From: an uncultured Candidatus Saccharibacteria bacterium | GTDB taxonomy: Bacteria > Patescibacteriota > Minisyncoccia > Phycocordibacterales > UBA9973 | Direction: 5' to 3' | DNA: 64,000 nt | Assembly (NCBI GenBank): GCA_964450735.1 | Contig: CAYVDC010000002.1 | Location: forward strand, 64,703 to 128,702 | In this document: in pieces, positions 18,629 through 29,200 of the stretch | Layout: every line of letters begins with the position of its first letter | How positions within the stretch are numbered: position 1 is the first letter of the stretch | Notes under the pieces: generated by a model | Database searches by the model: none | The model's input: the letters and a program-made list of their open reading frames with translations, nothing else | What the model was told of the DNA's origin: nothing | Position numbers and translations under genes: made by a program

Positions 18629-20254
18629 TTAGATTGCTGTTTCTATTTTCGGAGTAAGATCGTATTGCCACAGTATGTCTGTATTTCTATTTATATAGTA
18701 GAGATATTTGTTTGTTGCATCTACATAAAGTCGAACACCATCTGTCGCATCTCCTCCTTCTGTGATAGGGCTAAAGAGGCGCTGATTATCATATACTCCG
18801 GTTGCATCAATAAGCCAAAATGAGTCATTGAACGGTACAGTGCCCTGGTACCAATCATCAGGATATATATGACCAGCTGGAATTGCTGTCGGTACTGCAC
18901 AATAGATGCTTAAGCTATTGGTTGACCAAACGCATTTTTCAGGCAGCGTATTCAATCCAAGGCCTCGAGTATTTTTTGTTTCAATATTCATGATAGCTAG
19001 GGCTGGACCACTTGCCGTGTTTCGGCTGATAAGCAGATATTTGCCGTCCGGGCTTCCGAGTGTCGTCAGTCCAGTGATCGGTCCAGCTACTTTTGTGAAG
19101 TCTCCTTTTGTAATGTCAGTGCTATAAGCAAAACCTGTAGCATATCCAGTCGCTTTGATTGTAAATATGAGCTTATTGGTGGTATTCCATTGGCTGAGCC
19201 AGCCAGAGAATTGTGATGAAAAGACACGTTGTTGATTTTTGCCATCAAGATCGCTTGTAAACCCAAGGAGGCTGTTTGCGGAAGGTAGTAAGAAAAGGAT
19301 ATGTTTGCCATCGGGAGAAATTGAAAGATCGGTTATGTTTTTTGGCATGGAAAGCACTGCTAGCTCTGGGAGTGAGTCTCCCCCGACAATTGGTTCAGTG
19401 ACTTTCCCAATAAGTGTATCAATTGTGGTGTTGTCTGCTTGGAGGGATCGAAGGAATACTGTTTTGCCTTGATCTGCAAAGAACGCTTCATGTACTCGAG
19501 GAATCGTCGTGCTAGAGAGGCGGCGTGTCGCGAGTGTGTCTGCGAATGCGTCAAAAATATTGCTTGTTCCTCGTACCACATATCGAACAACGTCTTTGAG
19601 TACTGTTTCTGGAGTTTCCACGGGGTATGTACAGACAAATCCAGCTTGGATTTTTTTCAGAGTTAATTCGTCCATTACGCCATTCCCTTTGGTTAGATTC
19701 TGTGGTTTGAGAATGTCATCAGTAAAAAGTTCTTGGAATGTCGTAACTGCTTTTGCCGTAGTTGGTCCATAGGTAGTTCCCTCCTTGCCAGGAGAACCTG
19801 CTCCCGTTGCCGCTATTTGCGTCTGTGGGCACTGATTCAAGAACTTTTGGAGCTCTGTTACGTCTGCGCCTTTGTCGCCGGATTTGAGTGTTTTAGAAAA
19901 TGCGTACGATGTTGTTACTGTCACTTGTTTTGGTGCCGGTATTGAGTTCGGATCGACAGGGAATTGTTTTTGGAGTGTAGTATATCCAGTAACTGGGGTC
20001 TCAGATACTTTTCGCAAGCGAGGAGTTGGTCCTGTTACTGGAGGATTCTGGTCAGGATTACTTGGTTCCCCCGTCGAGCCAGTGCCGCCTGGCGTTACTT
20101 GGGGAGTTCCAGGTCCAAATGGAAATAGGTCTCGGATAGTAATCTGTTCGCCAGGGTGATTTTTCTGGGCATTTTTGTAAAGAAAAAAGAACAAAGCAGT
20201 GAATGCTAGAATGATCGCGATGATTATGAGAATGGTGAATGATTTTTTCGACAT
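18629..20254 (-). CDS. Membrane-anchored peptidoglycan-binding beta-propeller protein (TolB-like repeats), last gene of the T4SS-like block
   Basis: N-terminal TM helix (FTILIIIAIILAFTALFFFLY); Pro/Thr-rich linker; a PG_binding_1-like segment (LKSGDKGADVTELQKFLNQ...TTYGPTTAKAVTTFQELF); then repeated SPDGKxxLF-type beta-propeller blades (SISPDGKHILFL, GSPDGKYLLIS). Confidence 0.6.
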   Translation of the reverse strand: MSKKSFTILIIIAIILAFTALFFFLYKNAQKNHPGEQITIRDLFPFGPGTPQVTPGGTGSTGEPSNPDQNPPVTGPTPRLRKVSETPVTGYTTLQKQFPVDPNSIPAPKQVTVTTSYAFSKTLKSGDKGADVTELQKFLNQCPQTQIAATGAGSPGKEGTTYGPTTAKAVTTFQELFTDDILKPQNLTKGNGVMDELTLKKIQAGFVCTYPVETPETVLKDVVRYVVRGTSNIFDAFADTLATRRLSSTTIPRVHEAFFADQGKTVFLRSLQADNTTIDTLIGKVTEPIVGGDSLPELAVLSMPKNITDLSISPDGKHILFLLPSANSLLGFTSDLDGKNQQRVFSSQFSGWLSQWNTTNKLIFTIKATGYATGFAYSTDITKGDFTKVAGPITGLTTLGSPDGKYLLISRNTASGPALAIMNIETKNTRGLGLNTLPEKCVWSTNSLSIYCAVPTAIPAGHIYPDDWYQGTVPFNDSFWLIDATGVYDNQRLFSPITEGGDATDGVRLYVDATNKYLYYINRNTDILWQYDLTPKIETAI

Positions 20255-20258
20255 AGTA

Positions 20259-21320
20259 TTACCATTGTTTTATGTGATAGTGATCAGATTCTTTGACAAA
20301 AACTGTAGATCCAACGGTGTAAAAGCCGGCTTGATTCATTGGGCATCCATCTGAAGAGGTTCCATCAATCCAATGACCACATACTTTTGTTGTTAATCCT
20401 ACGATATATGCACTTAATTCTGGCGTTATGGAAAGGTCTACGATGCCACTGCCAATTTCGTGTGATTTGTGAAGCCAGCATTCAGTACCGCCAGTGACAA
20501 CAATCTTGCAGTTTGCTTGAGCTGCTGCAGAAAGGTTGCCGCAAACCTTGGTTCGCAGGTCGCCCAGCTTGAGAAGAGCTGTATTTCCAAGTTTGTATAC
20601 TGTTGTGCAGTTTGATGCGCCAACAGTAGGACAATTACTTTTATTAACGGTGACTCCAACGCCAAGCAGTCTGCTGCGATAGTCAGCATCATTATTGTTG
20701 ATCACTGGACGGCCTCCCCATGGAGTATCTTTGTCGAGAGCAACACCGTCTGCCGCTGCAGCATTGATGCTGGTTTGTGAGCAGTTAATATTAACAACTA
20801 CTTGCTGTCCATTGATTGTTGCATTTTTAGGTACATACGGTGCGGGCAGATCATCTGCGCCAGTTGTTACAACAGCCAGTCCTTTGGGAGGATCAAGGCG
20901 AATTTCGATGAGTGCTGGGTTAATCGTGTTAAGCAGAAGCCATGATACGAGAGCCAAGATGAGGCCAAATATTGCATTTGAAATCATTTCTTTGCCACCC
21001 TCTTTTTTGGAGATAGCATCTGTTGTCATGTATTGAACACCACCCAAGACAATCATGATAACCCCCAATACTCCGATGATGCTGATGATAACTTTGATCG
21101 CGAGGTTAATATAATCAGCCGCTGTGGTTACCTTCGGGTCGTACTTGTCATAAACTTGTCCTCCCCCCATTGGTAGTGGCTCTAGGAGGCAATACTGTCC
21201 AGAACCAGTTTCTTGGCAATCAGCAGATGCTTTTTGTGGTGCTAGCACTCCAAAACCAAGGCTGGTAGCCAGGAGTATTCCGAAGACTGTAAGCGTTATG
21301 TATGAAGCAAGTTTACGCAT
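20259..21320 (-). CDS. Pilin-like (TrbC/VirB2-type) protein with C-terminal Cys-rich extracellular domain
   Basis: Signal peptide (..LAPQKASA), then two hydrophobic helices flanking a short polar loop (..DYINLAIKVIISIIGVLGVIMIVLGGVQYMTTDAISKKEGGKEMISNAIFGLILALVSWLLLNTINP..), the topology of VirB2/TrbC pilins. This is followed by about 200 aa containing about 10 Cys. Confidence 0.45.
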   Translation of the reverse strand: MRKLASYITLTVFGILLATSLGFGVLAPQKASADCQETGSGQYCLLEPLPMGGGQVYDKYDPKVTTAADYINLAIKVIISIIGVLGVIMIVLGGVQYMTTDAISKKEGGKEMISNAIFGLILALVSWLLLNTINPALIEIRLDPPKGLAVVTTGADDLPAPYVPKNATINGQQVVVNINCSQTSINAAAADGVALDKDTPWGGRPVINNNDADYRSRLLGVGVTVNKSNCPTVGASNCTTVYKLGNTALLKLGDLRTKVCGNLSAAAQANCKIVVTGGTECWLHKSHEIGSGIVDLSITPELSAYIVGLTTKVCGHWIDGTSSDGCPMNQAGFYTVGSTVFVKESDHYHIKQW

Positions 21321-21322
21321 GA

Positions 21323-22336
21323 TTATTTTAGATTAATGGTAATGCTCTTTTCTGCATCAAGGAATAATTTTGAAATATTTTCTATTCGAAGCTTCAGGTT
21401 GGATATTCCTTTTGTTTCTCCACTTTTCAATGTCAGCATGTTTGCGGTCACTGGTGTCTGCACGTCGCTTCCGTTGATTGTCCAGCTATATGCAAGTTGA
21501 GATGAAAGCGGATTTGCTGGAGAGAAGAAGTATGGGATTGCTAAAATTGTCTTTTCGGCCGTCGTGACATCGTAGTTTGTACCTAATTCATGATTCCAGT
21601 CGATGCCATTAATCGGGTCTCGATTGTACATGAGGATTTTGGGTTTGAAGACGTTTACTGTTGCTGTTCCTATCGCAGTAGATCCTGAGGAATTGTCTTG
21701 CCCTATTACTTCGATTTTTTCTGATGGATTCAAATAGTCTTGGGCGAATAAAAGGATGCTCTTGTTGTATCCAGAGTTGTTTGATAGAACGTTGTCATTT
21801 TTTTTCCATCTAAAAACGTATTTAGTTATGTCTAGCGTTCCTGCCCCGTTGTTGATTTGAGGTATGGCTAGTACGCGGATAACCCCTTCTGAGCTTGGGA
21901 GAGCTCTTCCTTTGTAAAAAGGAGGAGTGTATGAGTCAGCACCTTCCCATACTATGTTAATTTCTGATGGATTAAAAACAAAGTTTTTTTGCAGCGTTTC
22001 TCCGCTTGCAAGAAGCATCATGAGGGTAACCGTGGTTCGTTCACCAATCCCTTTGGTGGTAAAGGTGAATTTATATGCTCCTGTTTGCGACAATACTGTC
22101 TTGCCGTCTATTTTCCAAATGAAATAGGCACGAGAAACATTTGTTAGATAGCTTTCTGCTGTAATAGTGACTTCTTGAAAAGGTCCTGGTACTTCTGGGT
22201 TTGCTGAAAAAGAAATATCGTTGTCGTTGATTTGAGCTGCCTGTTCTGGAGATGATTGTGCGAGTGCAATAATAGGAGAAAACGCCACTCCTACGAGAAG
22301 CAGCCCAACGAGCATTAGTGCATGAATGCGAGTCAT
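21323..22336 (-). CDS. Secreted beta-rich hypothetical protein (338 aa)
   Basis: Start moved to the internal ATG, which gives a clean signal peptide MTRIHALMLVGLLLVGVAFSPIIALAQS; the track ORF extends 55 codons upstream into the VirB4 gene. Repetitive Thr/Asn-rich beta-strand pattern. Confidence 0.5.
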   Translation of the reverse strand: MTRIHALMLVGLLLVGVAFSPIIALAQSSPEQAAQINDNDISFSANPEVPGPFQEVTITAESYLTNVSRAYFIWKIDGKTVLSQTGAYKFTFTTKGIGERTTVTLMMLLASGETLQKNFVFNPSEINIVWEGADSYTPPFYKGRALPSSEGVIRVLAIPQINNGAGTLDITKYVFRWKKNDNVLSNNSGYNKSILLFAQDYLNPSEKIEVIGQDNSSGSTAIGTATVNVFKPKILMYNRDPINGIDWNHELGTNYDVTTAEKTILAIPYFFSPANPLSSQLAYSWTINGSDVQTPVTANMLTLKSGETKGISNLKLRIENISKLFLDAEKSITINLK

Positions 22337-22400
22337 ATTCACCTGTATAGTATACCGTGAAAAGAATAAATACAGAACCCTTTTTGTGGGTTTCTCGGCT

Positions 22401-24236
22401 TTATTTTCCCTCGGCTTGTTCGTGTTCTTGTTTAGCTTTTCGGATCGCAAGGATTTGGCTCGGATCCGAGGTAACAATCTGTTCCTCGGTATAGGACGCA
22501 ATAACTTTGATAGCTACGTGCTTAAGACCGGCAAAGAAGATGCCTTCCCCTACGCCTGATTCAAGAAGCAGGTACTTTTCCTCATCCGTCAGATGGAAGA
22601 CCTTTTGAAGGTTATCAATCGAGCTCGGCGACTGTTTGAGGAGGATTTGAATTGAAGAGTTTGAAACGATCGGAACACCGTATGGGCTCTTCATAAAGTC
22701 GTCGATGTTTTGAGTAATTGTTGAAAGTCCGAGATAGTATTTTCGTCCTCGTTTTGCGATGCCGAACAAGAATGACGCAGTATCTTCGGATTTCATCATG
22801 ATCCAGGCCTCGTCCACAACCAAGAGGCGCTTTTTGAGAGTACGGCGCACAGCGGTCCAGATATGGTGAGTAACGATGTACATAGCAACTGGCTTCAAGT
22901 CTTCTTCCATATCTCGGATCGAAAAGACGACAAGGCGCTTGTTGATATCAACGTTGGTTGGCTGGTTCAAGAATGTTGACCACGAACCTTTAGTAAACTT
23001 TTGGAGGCGCTGCAGCAACGACTCAGAGCCTTCCATACCAGCAACCACCATTTCAAAGTCAGAAAGAAGCGGAGGTTCTGCATTTGTAAGGTCACTGTCA
23101 GGAGTGATATCTTTGAGGGCGTAAGTTTCGGTGATCGCGCGGTCGACGATAGCATCTTCTTCTGGGGTCAATCCCCCGAGCATGATGCGGAACAATCCGA
23201 CAAGCTCGATAACGTTCTTGCGGATAACATCGGCGGTTGTCTCGTCTTCGGTTGCAACTGGCAAGTCAAATGGATTGATGTGGTGGTCAGATGAAAGTGA
23301 AATATTAAAATATCGTCCGCCTACCGCTTCAGCTAAATATTCATATTCTCGTTCTGGGTCGATAACGATCACGTCAGTATCGAACATGAGCGTTCGGAGA
23401 ATTTCAAGTTTTGTGGTGAAGGACTTTCCGGAACCAGAGGTTGCAATAGTAACCGAGTTGTAGTTTTCGAGAGAGAATCGATCAAAAATGATCAGTCCTG
23501 AGTTGTGGCGGTTAACTCCGTAGAGAATTCCCTTGTCTGAGGTAAGATCGAATGAAACAAATGGGAAGATGCTCGAAAGAGGCTCGGAATTGAGCTTCTG
23601 GTGGATAGAAAGCATGTCGTTTCCAATTGGAATAACGCTCTTGAAGCCTTCTTCCTGTTGGAAAAGAGCTGGTTTGAGGTACACTAGTTTGGATTCGAGG
23701 ATAGATTTGATCTCATTCTCTGTTTTGAAAAGCTCCTGTTCGTCATCGGCGTAGATAGTGATATAAAGACCGACATCGAACATTTTCTGCTGAGCCTGCA
23801 TCAGGCTGTTGCGGAGGTTTTCCAAGTCATTAACCGCGGTATCAAGCATGGGGTCTCGAACGAGACCCTTCCCCTCGCGCACATTGATCTGGCTCTGCAC
23901 CTCGGCTACTTTTTTCTGGAAGTCGCGAAGAATCTTTTCTGTTTCGATTGGGTGTATGAAAATGGAAACATCAAAAATTTTATCGAGGTTAATGACGGGA
24001 GAGAACCAGTTGTCAGTTAAAAATCGTGGGTAGGAAATAACGAAAAATGTTCGAGCAACCTTTGATCCAAGATTGATCTGTTTCGGGTCTATCTTGAGCG
24101 CTGAAGGCGCAATGATGTCGCGAAATTCAAGCGTCGCAGCCTCGTAAATTTCAGACGGCAAAACAGGCATAATGCCGCTTGCCGTCTGCGTCATGCCCGA
24201 GTTCTTTTTTCCAAATAATGCGTCGAAGATTCCCAT
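22401..24236 (-). CDS. virB4: VirB4/TraC/TrbE-family type IV secretion ATPase, middle and ATPase domains
   Basis: Walker A TIATSGSGKSFTTK; the VirB4-characteristic DPEREYEY (DPxGEY-like) motif right after it; Walker B LLVVDEAWIMM; 611 aa with about 260 aa before Walker A (..VISYPRFLTDNWFSP..SIFIHPIE.. resembles the VirB4 middle region). Confidence 0.75.
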   Translation of the reverse strand: MGIFDALFGKKNSGMTQTASGIMPVLPSEIYEAATLEFRDIIAPSALKIDPKQINLGSKVARTFFVISYPRFLTDNWFSPVINLDKIFDVSIFIHPIETEKILRDFQKKVAEVQSQINVREGKGLVRDPMLDTAVNDLENLRNSLMQAQQKMFDVGLYITIYADDEQELFKTENEIKSILESKLVYLKPALFQQEEGFKSVIPIGNDMLSIHQKLNSEPLSSIFPFVSFDLTSDKGILYGVNRHNSGLIIFDRFSLENYNSVTIATSGSGKSFTTKLEILRTLMFDTDVIVIDPEREYEYLAEAVGGRYFNISLSSDHHINPFDLPVATEDETTADVIRKNVIELVGLFRIMLGGLTPEEDAIVDRAITETYALKDITPDSDLTNAEPPLLSDFEMVVAGMEGSESLLQRLQKFTKGSWSTFLNQPTNVDINKRLVVFSIRDMEEDLKPVAMYIVTHHIWTAVRRTLKKRLLVVDEAWIMMKSEDTASFLFGIAKRGRKYYLGLSTITQNIDDFMKSPYGVPIVSNSSIQILLKQSPSSIDNLQKVFHLTDEEKYLLLESGVGEGIFFAGLKHVAIKVIASYTEEQIVTSDPSQILAIRKAKQEHEQAEGK

Positions 24237-24237
24237 G

Positions 24238-24885
24238 TTATTGTTGCAACTTTATTGAACTTGATATTTCGCCTGGGTTGAAGACCTTGTAGTACAGCTC
24301 GATCGCTTCTTCTGTTCCAACCTGCACTGATCGTACGCCAACTCGAGTAAGTCCTTGCTGTACGACGCCGATGCGTTGGTCGAGCTGCGTGCGATGCTCC
24401 TCAAAGCTGATGAGCGCATCGCTCTTTGCTCCCTGACTTGGGGCTTTGGTTCCGCCAAACAATGATTTGCTCAGAGTTCCAGCAGATCCAAGCGGCGAAG
24501 AGCTATATGGGACTACGACAATAAATGTCTTTGTCATGATGGCAACTTCATTGGTGAAATTTTCTATGAAGTGCGTGTACTCTTCTGTCTGAATCTTGAG
24601 CAGTGGTTCGAGCTGCGCCTTTTTGCGTTCTTTGAGAAGTGCGATGTATGGGCGGATATCAAGACGGCGAGACTGTACAACGATCTGTACTGAGAAGTCG
24701 AGCGAGTTCAAAAAGTTTTGGAACTGCATGATCGTTCCCTGCTGTTCGTCTGCAGACTTGAGTGAAAGGTTAACTGACGAAGCAAGCAAAAGAGCGCGCA
24801 TGCTGCCATCATTCAAAATAATGATGCCGTCGCGCACCTCCCTGATCGGAACGAACTCTTGAGTTGCTTTTGCGTTGAGTGCCAT
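24238..24885 (-). CDS. VirB4 N-terminal domain-like protein (separate ORF abutting the ATPase ORF)
   Basis: 215 aa, ..FVPIREVRDGIIILNDGSMRALLLASSVNLSLKSADEQQGTIMQFQNFLNSLDFSVQIVVQSRRLDI.. resembles the N-terminal region of Gram-positive-type VirB4 proteins. Its stop is separated by a single nucleotide from the ATG of the 611-aa ORF, in a different frame. Confidence 0.5.
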   Translation of the reverse strand: MALNAKATQEFVPIREVRDGIIILNDGSMRALLLASSVNLSLKSADEQQGTIMQFQNFLNSLDFSVQIVVQSRRLDIRPYIALLKERKKAQLEPLLKIQTEEYTHFIENFTNEVAIMTKTFIVVVPYSSSPLGSAGTLSKSLFGGTKAPSQGAKSDALISFEEHRTQLDQRIGVVQQGLTRVGVRSVQVGTEEAIELYYKVFNPGEISSSIKLQQ

Positions 24886-24914
24886 CTGGTACTTAGTATA
24901 TCATAAACCCATTG

Positions 24915-25337
24915 TTAGCTCTTCTTGTTCTTGTCCATATCAAGCACATCGAGGCTCCACGAAAGATCCTTGAGCTTAGAATTGGAGAGTTTGGGTATAT
25001 AGTTGAAATTCGCCAAGCTGTCCTCTTCTTTCTTTTCCTCGGGCTTCTTTTTCTTGGCTTGTTTTTGCTTCCATACGTACAGCTTTGCCCCAATATAGTA
25101 ATTGAATGCTGATTCCATTATAGAAATGAACGGGCGATTGTTGACCTTGTAGAATGTGAGTGCGAGAGCAAGCGTTGCGATAGGAATAATGAGCGGAATC
25201 GCAATATAGAATGGCAAGAGTTTCCAGAGCACAAAAGATCCTCCTGCTCCTCCAAGGAGATAGATGAATTGCTTGAACGTGAACGGTCCAAAGATTTTAT
25301 CCTCCACATCGATAAACTGAGGAACTTGAAATTGCAT
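24915..25337 (-). CDS. VirB3/PrgI-like small membrane protein
   Basis: 140 aa with two adjacent TM helices (..FIYLLGGAGGSFVLWKLLPFYIAIPLIIPIATLALALTFY..) then a basic tail. It sits directly upstream of the VirB4 ORFs, the VirB3-VirB4 (PrgI-PrgJ) arrangement. Confidence 0.45.
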   Translation of the reverse strand: MQFQVPQFIDVEDKIFGPFTFKQFIYLLGGAGGSFVLWKLLPFYIAIPLIIPIATLALALTFYKVNNRPFISIMESAFNYYIGAKLYVWKQKQAKKKKPEEKKEEDSLANFNYIPKLSNSKLKDLSWSLDVLDMDKNKKS

Positions 25338-25404
25338 GAATATAGTATAGCAGTTCCCAAAAGAAAAATCAGGGTTGTCCCTGATTTTTCGTGGTATACA
25401 TAGA

Positions 25405-26223
25405 TTATTCTATCGGTTCTCGGTACGAGTCACCTGATTTTGGAACAGATGCTCCACCTACGTTTTGTATCGAGTGGTCTGTTTCTTTTGCAGGGACTGA
25501 GAATGTTCCTCCGAGCTTGCCTGCGAGGATATCGCCTGCTGGTTTTGCTGTCATTGGAATTGGCTGCCTGATCGCGTCTACGGTTGGAGCGCCTCCTGCG
25601 TATGGAGCTCGCGGAACAGGAATGCTTGCAGAAGCTGACTTCGCGATTGGCATGGTTGATGGAGCTTGTGCTGCCACCTGAGGCTTAGGAGTGATTTCAT
25701 TGAGCACTCGAGGCTTTGACGGCGTAGGATTTTCAATGCTTGCGAGCATGTCGCTGCGGTTTTCGGAAACAGATGCTGTCGGTGTTGTCGCTGGTGCATC
25801 GCTTTCGATAGAAACGCCAGACTTTGCAAACATGCTTGCTTCAGTAGGAGTAGTTTCTGTGGTTTCTTCGTCAGAGGTCTCGTCGTTTTTGTAGAGATTC
25901 ATGAGCGATGTATGGATAGGACCAAAGATTTGGTTTTTGATTTCCTCGATCATCTCAGAAATTTCCTCTGGCTTTTTTTTGAGCTCTCCGGCTACTGTAG
26001 CCTGATAGTTGTTTGGGTTTGATGTGCCGAGCAAGACCATTGTTGTTTCAAGTTCAAGTGTCCCAAGCTGTTCATAGGTAAGTTTGTACTTCTTGGCTAA
26101 TTCGAAAAGCTTGATCTGGTAGTCGCTTGAAGAAACAATGTCTTGGATTTCTTGCGGCAAAAGAGCAAACCGAGTTTGGAGGTCTTGGCGCACATCTTCG
26201 TAGTTGTCTAGTGTGTTGTCCAT
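25405..26223 (-). CDS. Hypothetical protein, folded N-terminal domain plus disordered Pro/Ala/Thr-rich C-terminus (272 aa)
   Basis: No TM segment; the C-terminal 150 aa are low complexity. Co-oriented within the T4SS-like block. Confidence 0.5.
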   Translation of the reverse strand: MDNTLDNYEDVRQDLQTRFALLPQEIQDIVSSSDYQIKLFELAKKYKLTYEQLGTLELETTMVLLGTSNPNNYQATVAGELKKKPEEISEMIEEIKNQIFGPIHTSLMNLYKNDETSDEETTETTPTEASMFAKSGVSIESDAPATTPTASVSENRSDMLASIENPTPSKPRVLNEITPKPQVAAQAPSTMPIAKSASASIPVPRAPYAGGAPTVDAIRQPIPMTAKPAGDILAGKLGGTFSVPAKETDHSIQNVGGASVPKSGDSYREPIE

Positions 26224-26262
26224 ATAGAATGTATTACTTGATAATTATATCATGTGAATTGA

Positions 26263-29200
26263 TTAGTGGTGTGCTCCGTGATCGTCGTGTCCGCCTCCAT
26301 GGTCATCATGGCCTCCTCCCCCACCACCTCCGCTGCCTACTTTGGTAAAGGCATCAAAGAATCCAGCGCTCGGTCCCTTGTATGTGTCTTTCGGATGCGC
26401 ATGATCGTGCTTCTCTGTGCTTATTGCATGGTGAACAGCATCATGTTGAACATCACCAAGGTTTAATGCCTGAGGTAAATGTCGGACTTGGCTCGCTACT
26501 GCTGCAAGTCCACCTGCGAGTACTCCAATACCAATTGTTGCAGGTCCTCCCACAACCGCGCCAGCTAGTCCTGCAGCCAAACCTGCTTTGAGCCCAGTCT
26601 TTATGTCGTTGCCCATATTTCTGTATGCTCGACTCCATCGATCGTTGCTGCTATGATCATGATCCATTTCTCCAAGATCTTTGATGTTTCCAAGTTCGTC
26701 TCGTTTCATACCTGTAATTCCGAGGCCAGTGCCTTTCATCAAGTTATGATGGTACTCTTTCATGCGTGCAACCTTGATGTTTTCAAGATTTTTCTGCATC
26801 TTATCCAAACCTCTCGAGGATTCAACTTCCTCAAGGGTAACCTTTCTGACGGATGAAGTCCCATCAGCCTTAAGAACCTCAAGTGATTTACCTTCATCTT
26901 CTTTCGTAAGAGCTCGAGTTGTAGGATTGCCCTTGGCATCTTTACCTGTTATCACTTTTTCTCCTGAACCCTTCTTCATTTCGCGGAGTTTCTGCTTGTC
27001 AGTGTTTACCTCACTTTGTTTAGCAGCAACATCCGCGTTGATCTTAGCTTTCTCTTTAGTCTTATTTTTAGGAAGAGCTCTTTCTTGGGCTTTTAATTTT
27101 TCTATCTCCTCTTGTTTTCTGGATATCTTGTCTTCTTGGTTAGAAATATCTGTTTCTTTTGCTTCTATCTTTTTCTTTTCCTCATCGTATTGTTTCTTGT
27201 CGTATCCGCTTCCAAAGATCTTTGCCTTTCTCTCCATTTCAACTTTTTCTCGCTCAACATGTGCGTCATATCCGCCAGCTCGTGCTCCCGTGCTGAAGTC
27301 TGCACCAGTAACTGACTTGAGAGCGCCTGCTCCCATGTTCATGTTTACCCCAGTTGCTTTTGAGAGACCGTTTCCGAGACTAGTCTGGCGAACATCAAAA
27401 CTAGATCTCTTGAGCTTGTCAGCAGCAAGGAGCTGTCCTTGAGCCTTGAATTTTTCCCACTTTGTAGATGGGATTTGTCCTGAAGCGATACCTTTGAGTT
27501 TGTCATCGTTAGCAACTCGATTTGCCATGCCTCCGATTGTTCGTGCACCCAGTGCGGCCGCTCCGCCAGTGATAGCCATAGCTCCCAATCCTGCGCCTGC
27601 TGCAACGATACCTGCAAATGCCGCACCAAATTCACCCGCCATATCCTCGGCGATCTTTTTGGCTGCCATAAGGAGTCCGACGACAATCATCGTTGGGAGG
27701 AGAATAGCAACGAGGAATGTCACCCAGTTGCCACTATTTGCATTGGTGACGGCAGCAATTGTCGTGCCCATTAGTCCTTTGTCTCCCCCTCCTACAAGGT
27801 TTACGATCAAGTAAAGGAAGAAGAAAAATATTGGTGCGTTGAAACATGCCTTCATAAAACCAGAAAGCCATTGATGCCAGCCGAGCTGCTTGAGATTTTT
27901 CTCGAGCCCTGGAACGATGCTAGTCACAAACGCTAGTGGCGCAAAAATCATCGAGAACCAGATAACGCCGATACGCCCAGCAAAGAATGCCGCGCACATA
28001 AAGAATATCCACGCCATGATCAAGTTCAGTATGAACGAGATAAGTAGGATAGTAAGAATACTACCTGTTCCCATATCTGCTTTCCCCAAGCTTTCTGGAC
28101 TCAAGAGTTTCTGTGGCTGAACACCTTCGATGATTGCTGCTGAGATAGGCTGCTCGACTGGACCTGCTTTTGTTGCCGCAACGTTTCCTTTTGAGGAAAT
28201 ATTCATTGCATTGTAAAAGACACGCGATAAGACGTTTGATGTATCAACCATGATCCTACAGAAGAACAGACTGAAGTTGATGATGATGGCTATAATGATA
28301 ACTTGGGCGACGATCTTTTTGGTGTCGAAATGGTGCAAGGAAAGAACTAATCCGATCGCTGCGTAGAGAAGAATAAAGATGAAAAAGATGTTAGAAATGT
28401 CACGAACCAAACTCCAGCCGTTTTCTACGAATGATGCGATCCCCGCGCCGTTTACCCCCTGGCCATAAATGGTGCTACCAAGCGATACTGCAGCAAATGC
28501 GTCAAAAAGCGAACCTGTTAACCGGTTAATTCGGACTGCTACTGGAACAAGAAGGTTGTTGAAGAGTTCGGCAAAACAACCGCTCACATCGAGACTTGGA
28601 AGGATTGCTCCCTTCTCCACCCAAAAACACTTCAAGTGATCTGCAATCTGTTTGTTTCCCTGAGTTGCATTTACTACTTGGTTTGTTTCCGCATATGCCT
28701 GTGTAACTTCATTACTGATATCGGTATTTGTTTCTGCAGCCGCAGCGTCGGTTAGGGTGGTAATTTTTTGGACTGGACCGAGAGCAACAGAGTGAACGCC
28801 AGCTATGGTGTCTTCCTTGAGGGCGAGCTGAACATAATAGTCTTTGCCAGGGAGGATTTGTGGACCGCTGATACGAATTGGCGCAGCGGTAACTGTTGTT
28901 TGATTAAAGAAACGATGGCCAGGATCTAGTCTCCAGAGGTATACACCGATGTTGGTTGCAAGTGTTTTACCTTGGGAAAAAACGAAAGCATTGCCTTGTT
29001 TTGGAGTAAGACTAGTATTGGCTCCCCCGCCGCTGACCTGGAGGGGTTGAACTGTATAGACAAGATCACCGACTACTGTAGAAAAAGGAGCTCCTTGGAA
29101 ATCTGCAACGATATCCGCTGTGCTAGTACCAACAAGCAAAAAGATTCCTTCTGATATGCTATTTTCGAGCCTATCTCTATCTAGAATTTTGTCCCATGCT

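Noticed and set aside
22337-22501. Long N-terminal extension of the 338-aa secreted protein overlapping the VirB4 gene by 100 nt (track ORF 21323..22501)
   Set aside because: The extension is basic low-complexity sequence (RPIPRNRLLPRIRAK...) antisense-like in character. An internal ATG gives a textbook signal peptide and removes the overlap.
26762-27442. Numerous 60-230 aa ORFs overlapping or antisense to the giant genes (e.g. 26762..27442, 36707..37381, 42418..43005, 40784..41010, 47520..48155, 12829..13167)
   Set aside because: They lie entirely within or antisense to well-supported longer CDSs. Their translations are low complexity (Ser/Leu/Arg-rich), as expected for antisense frames of K/E/G-rich genes.
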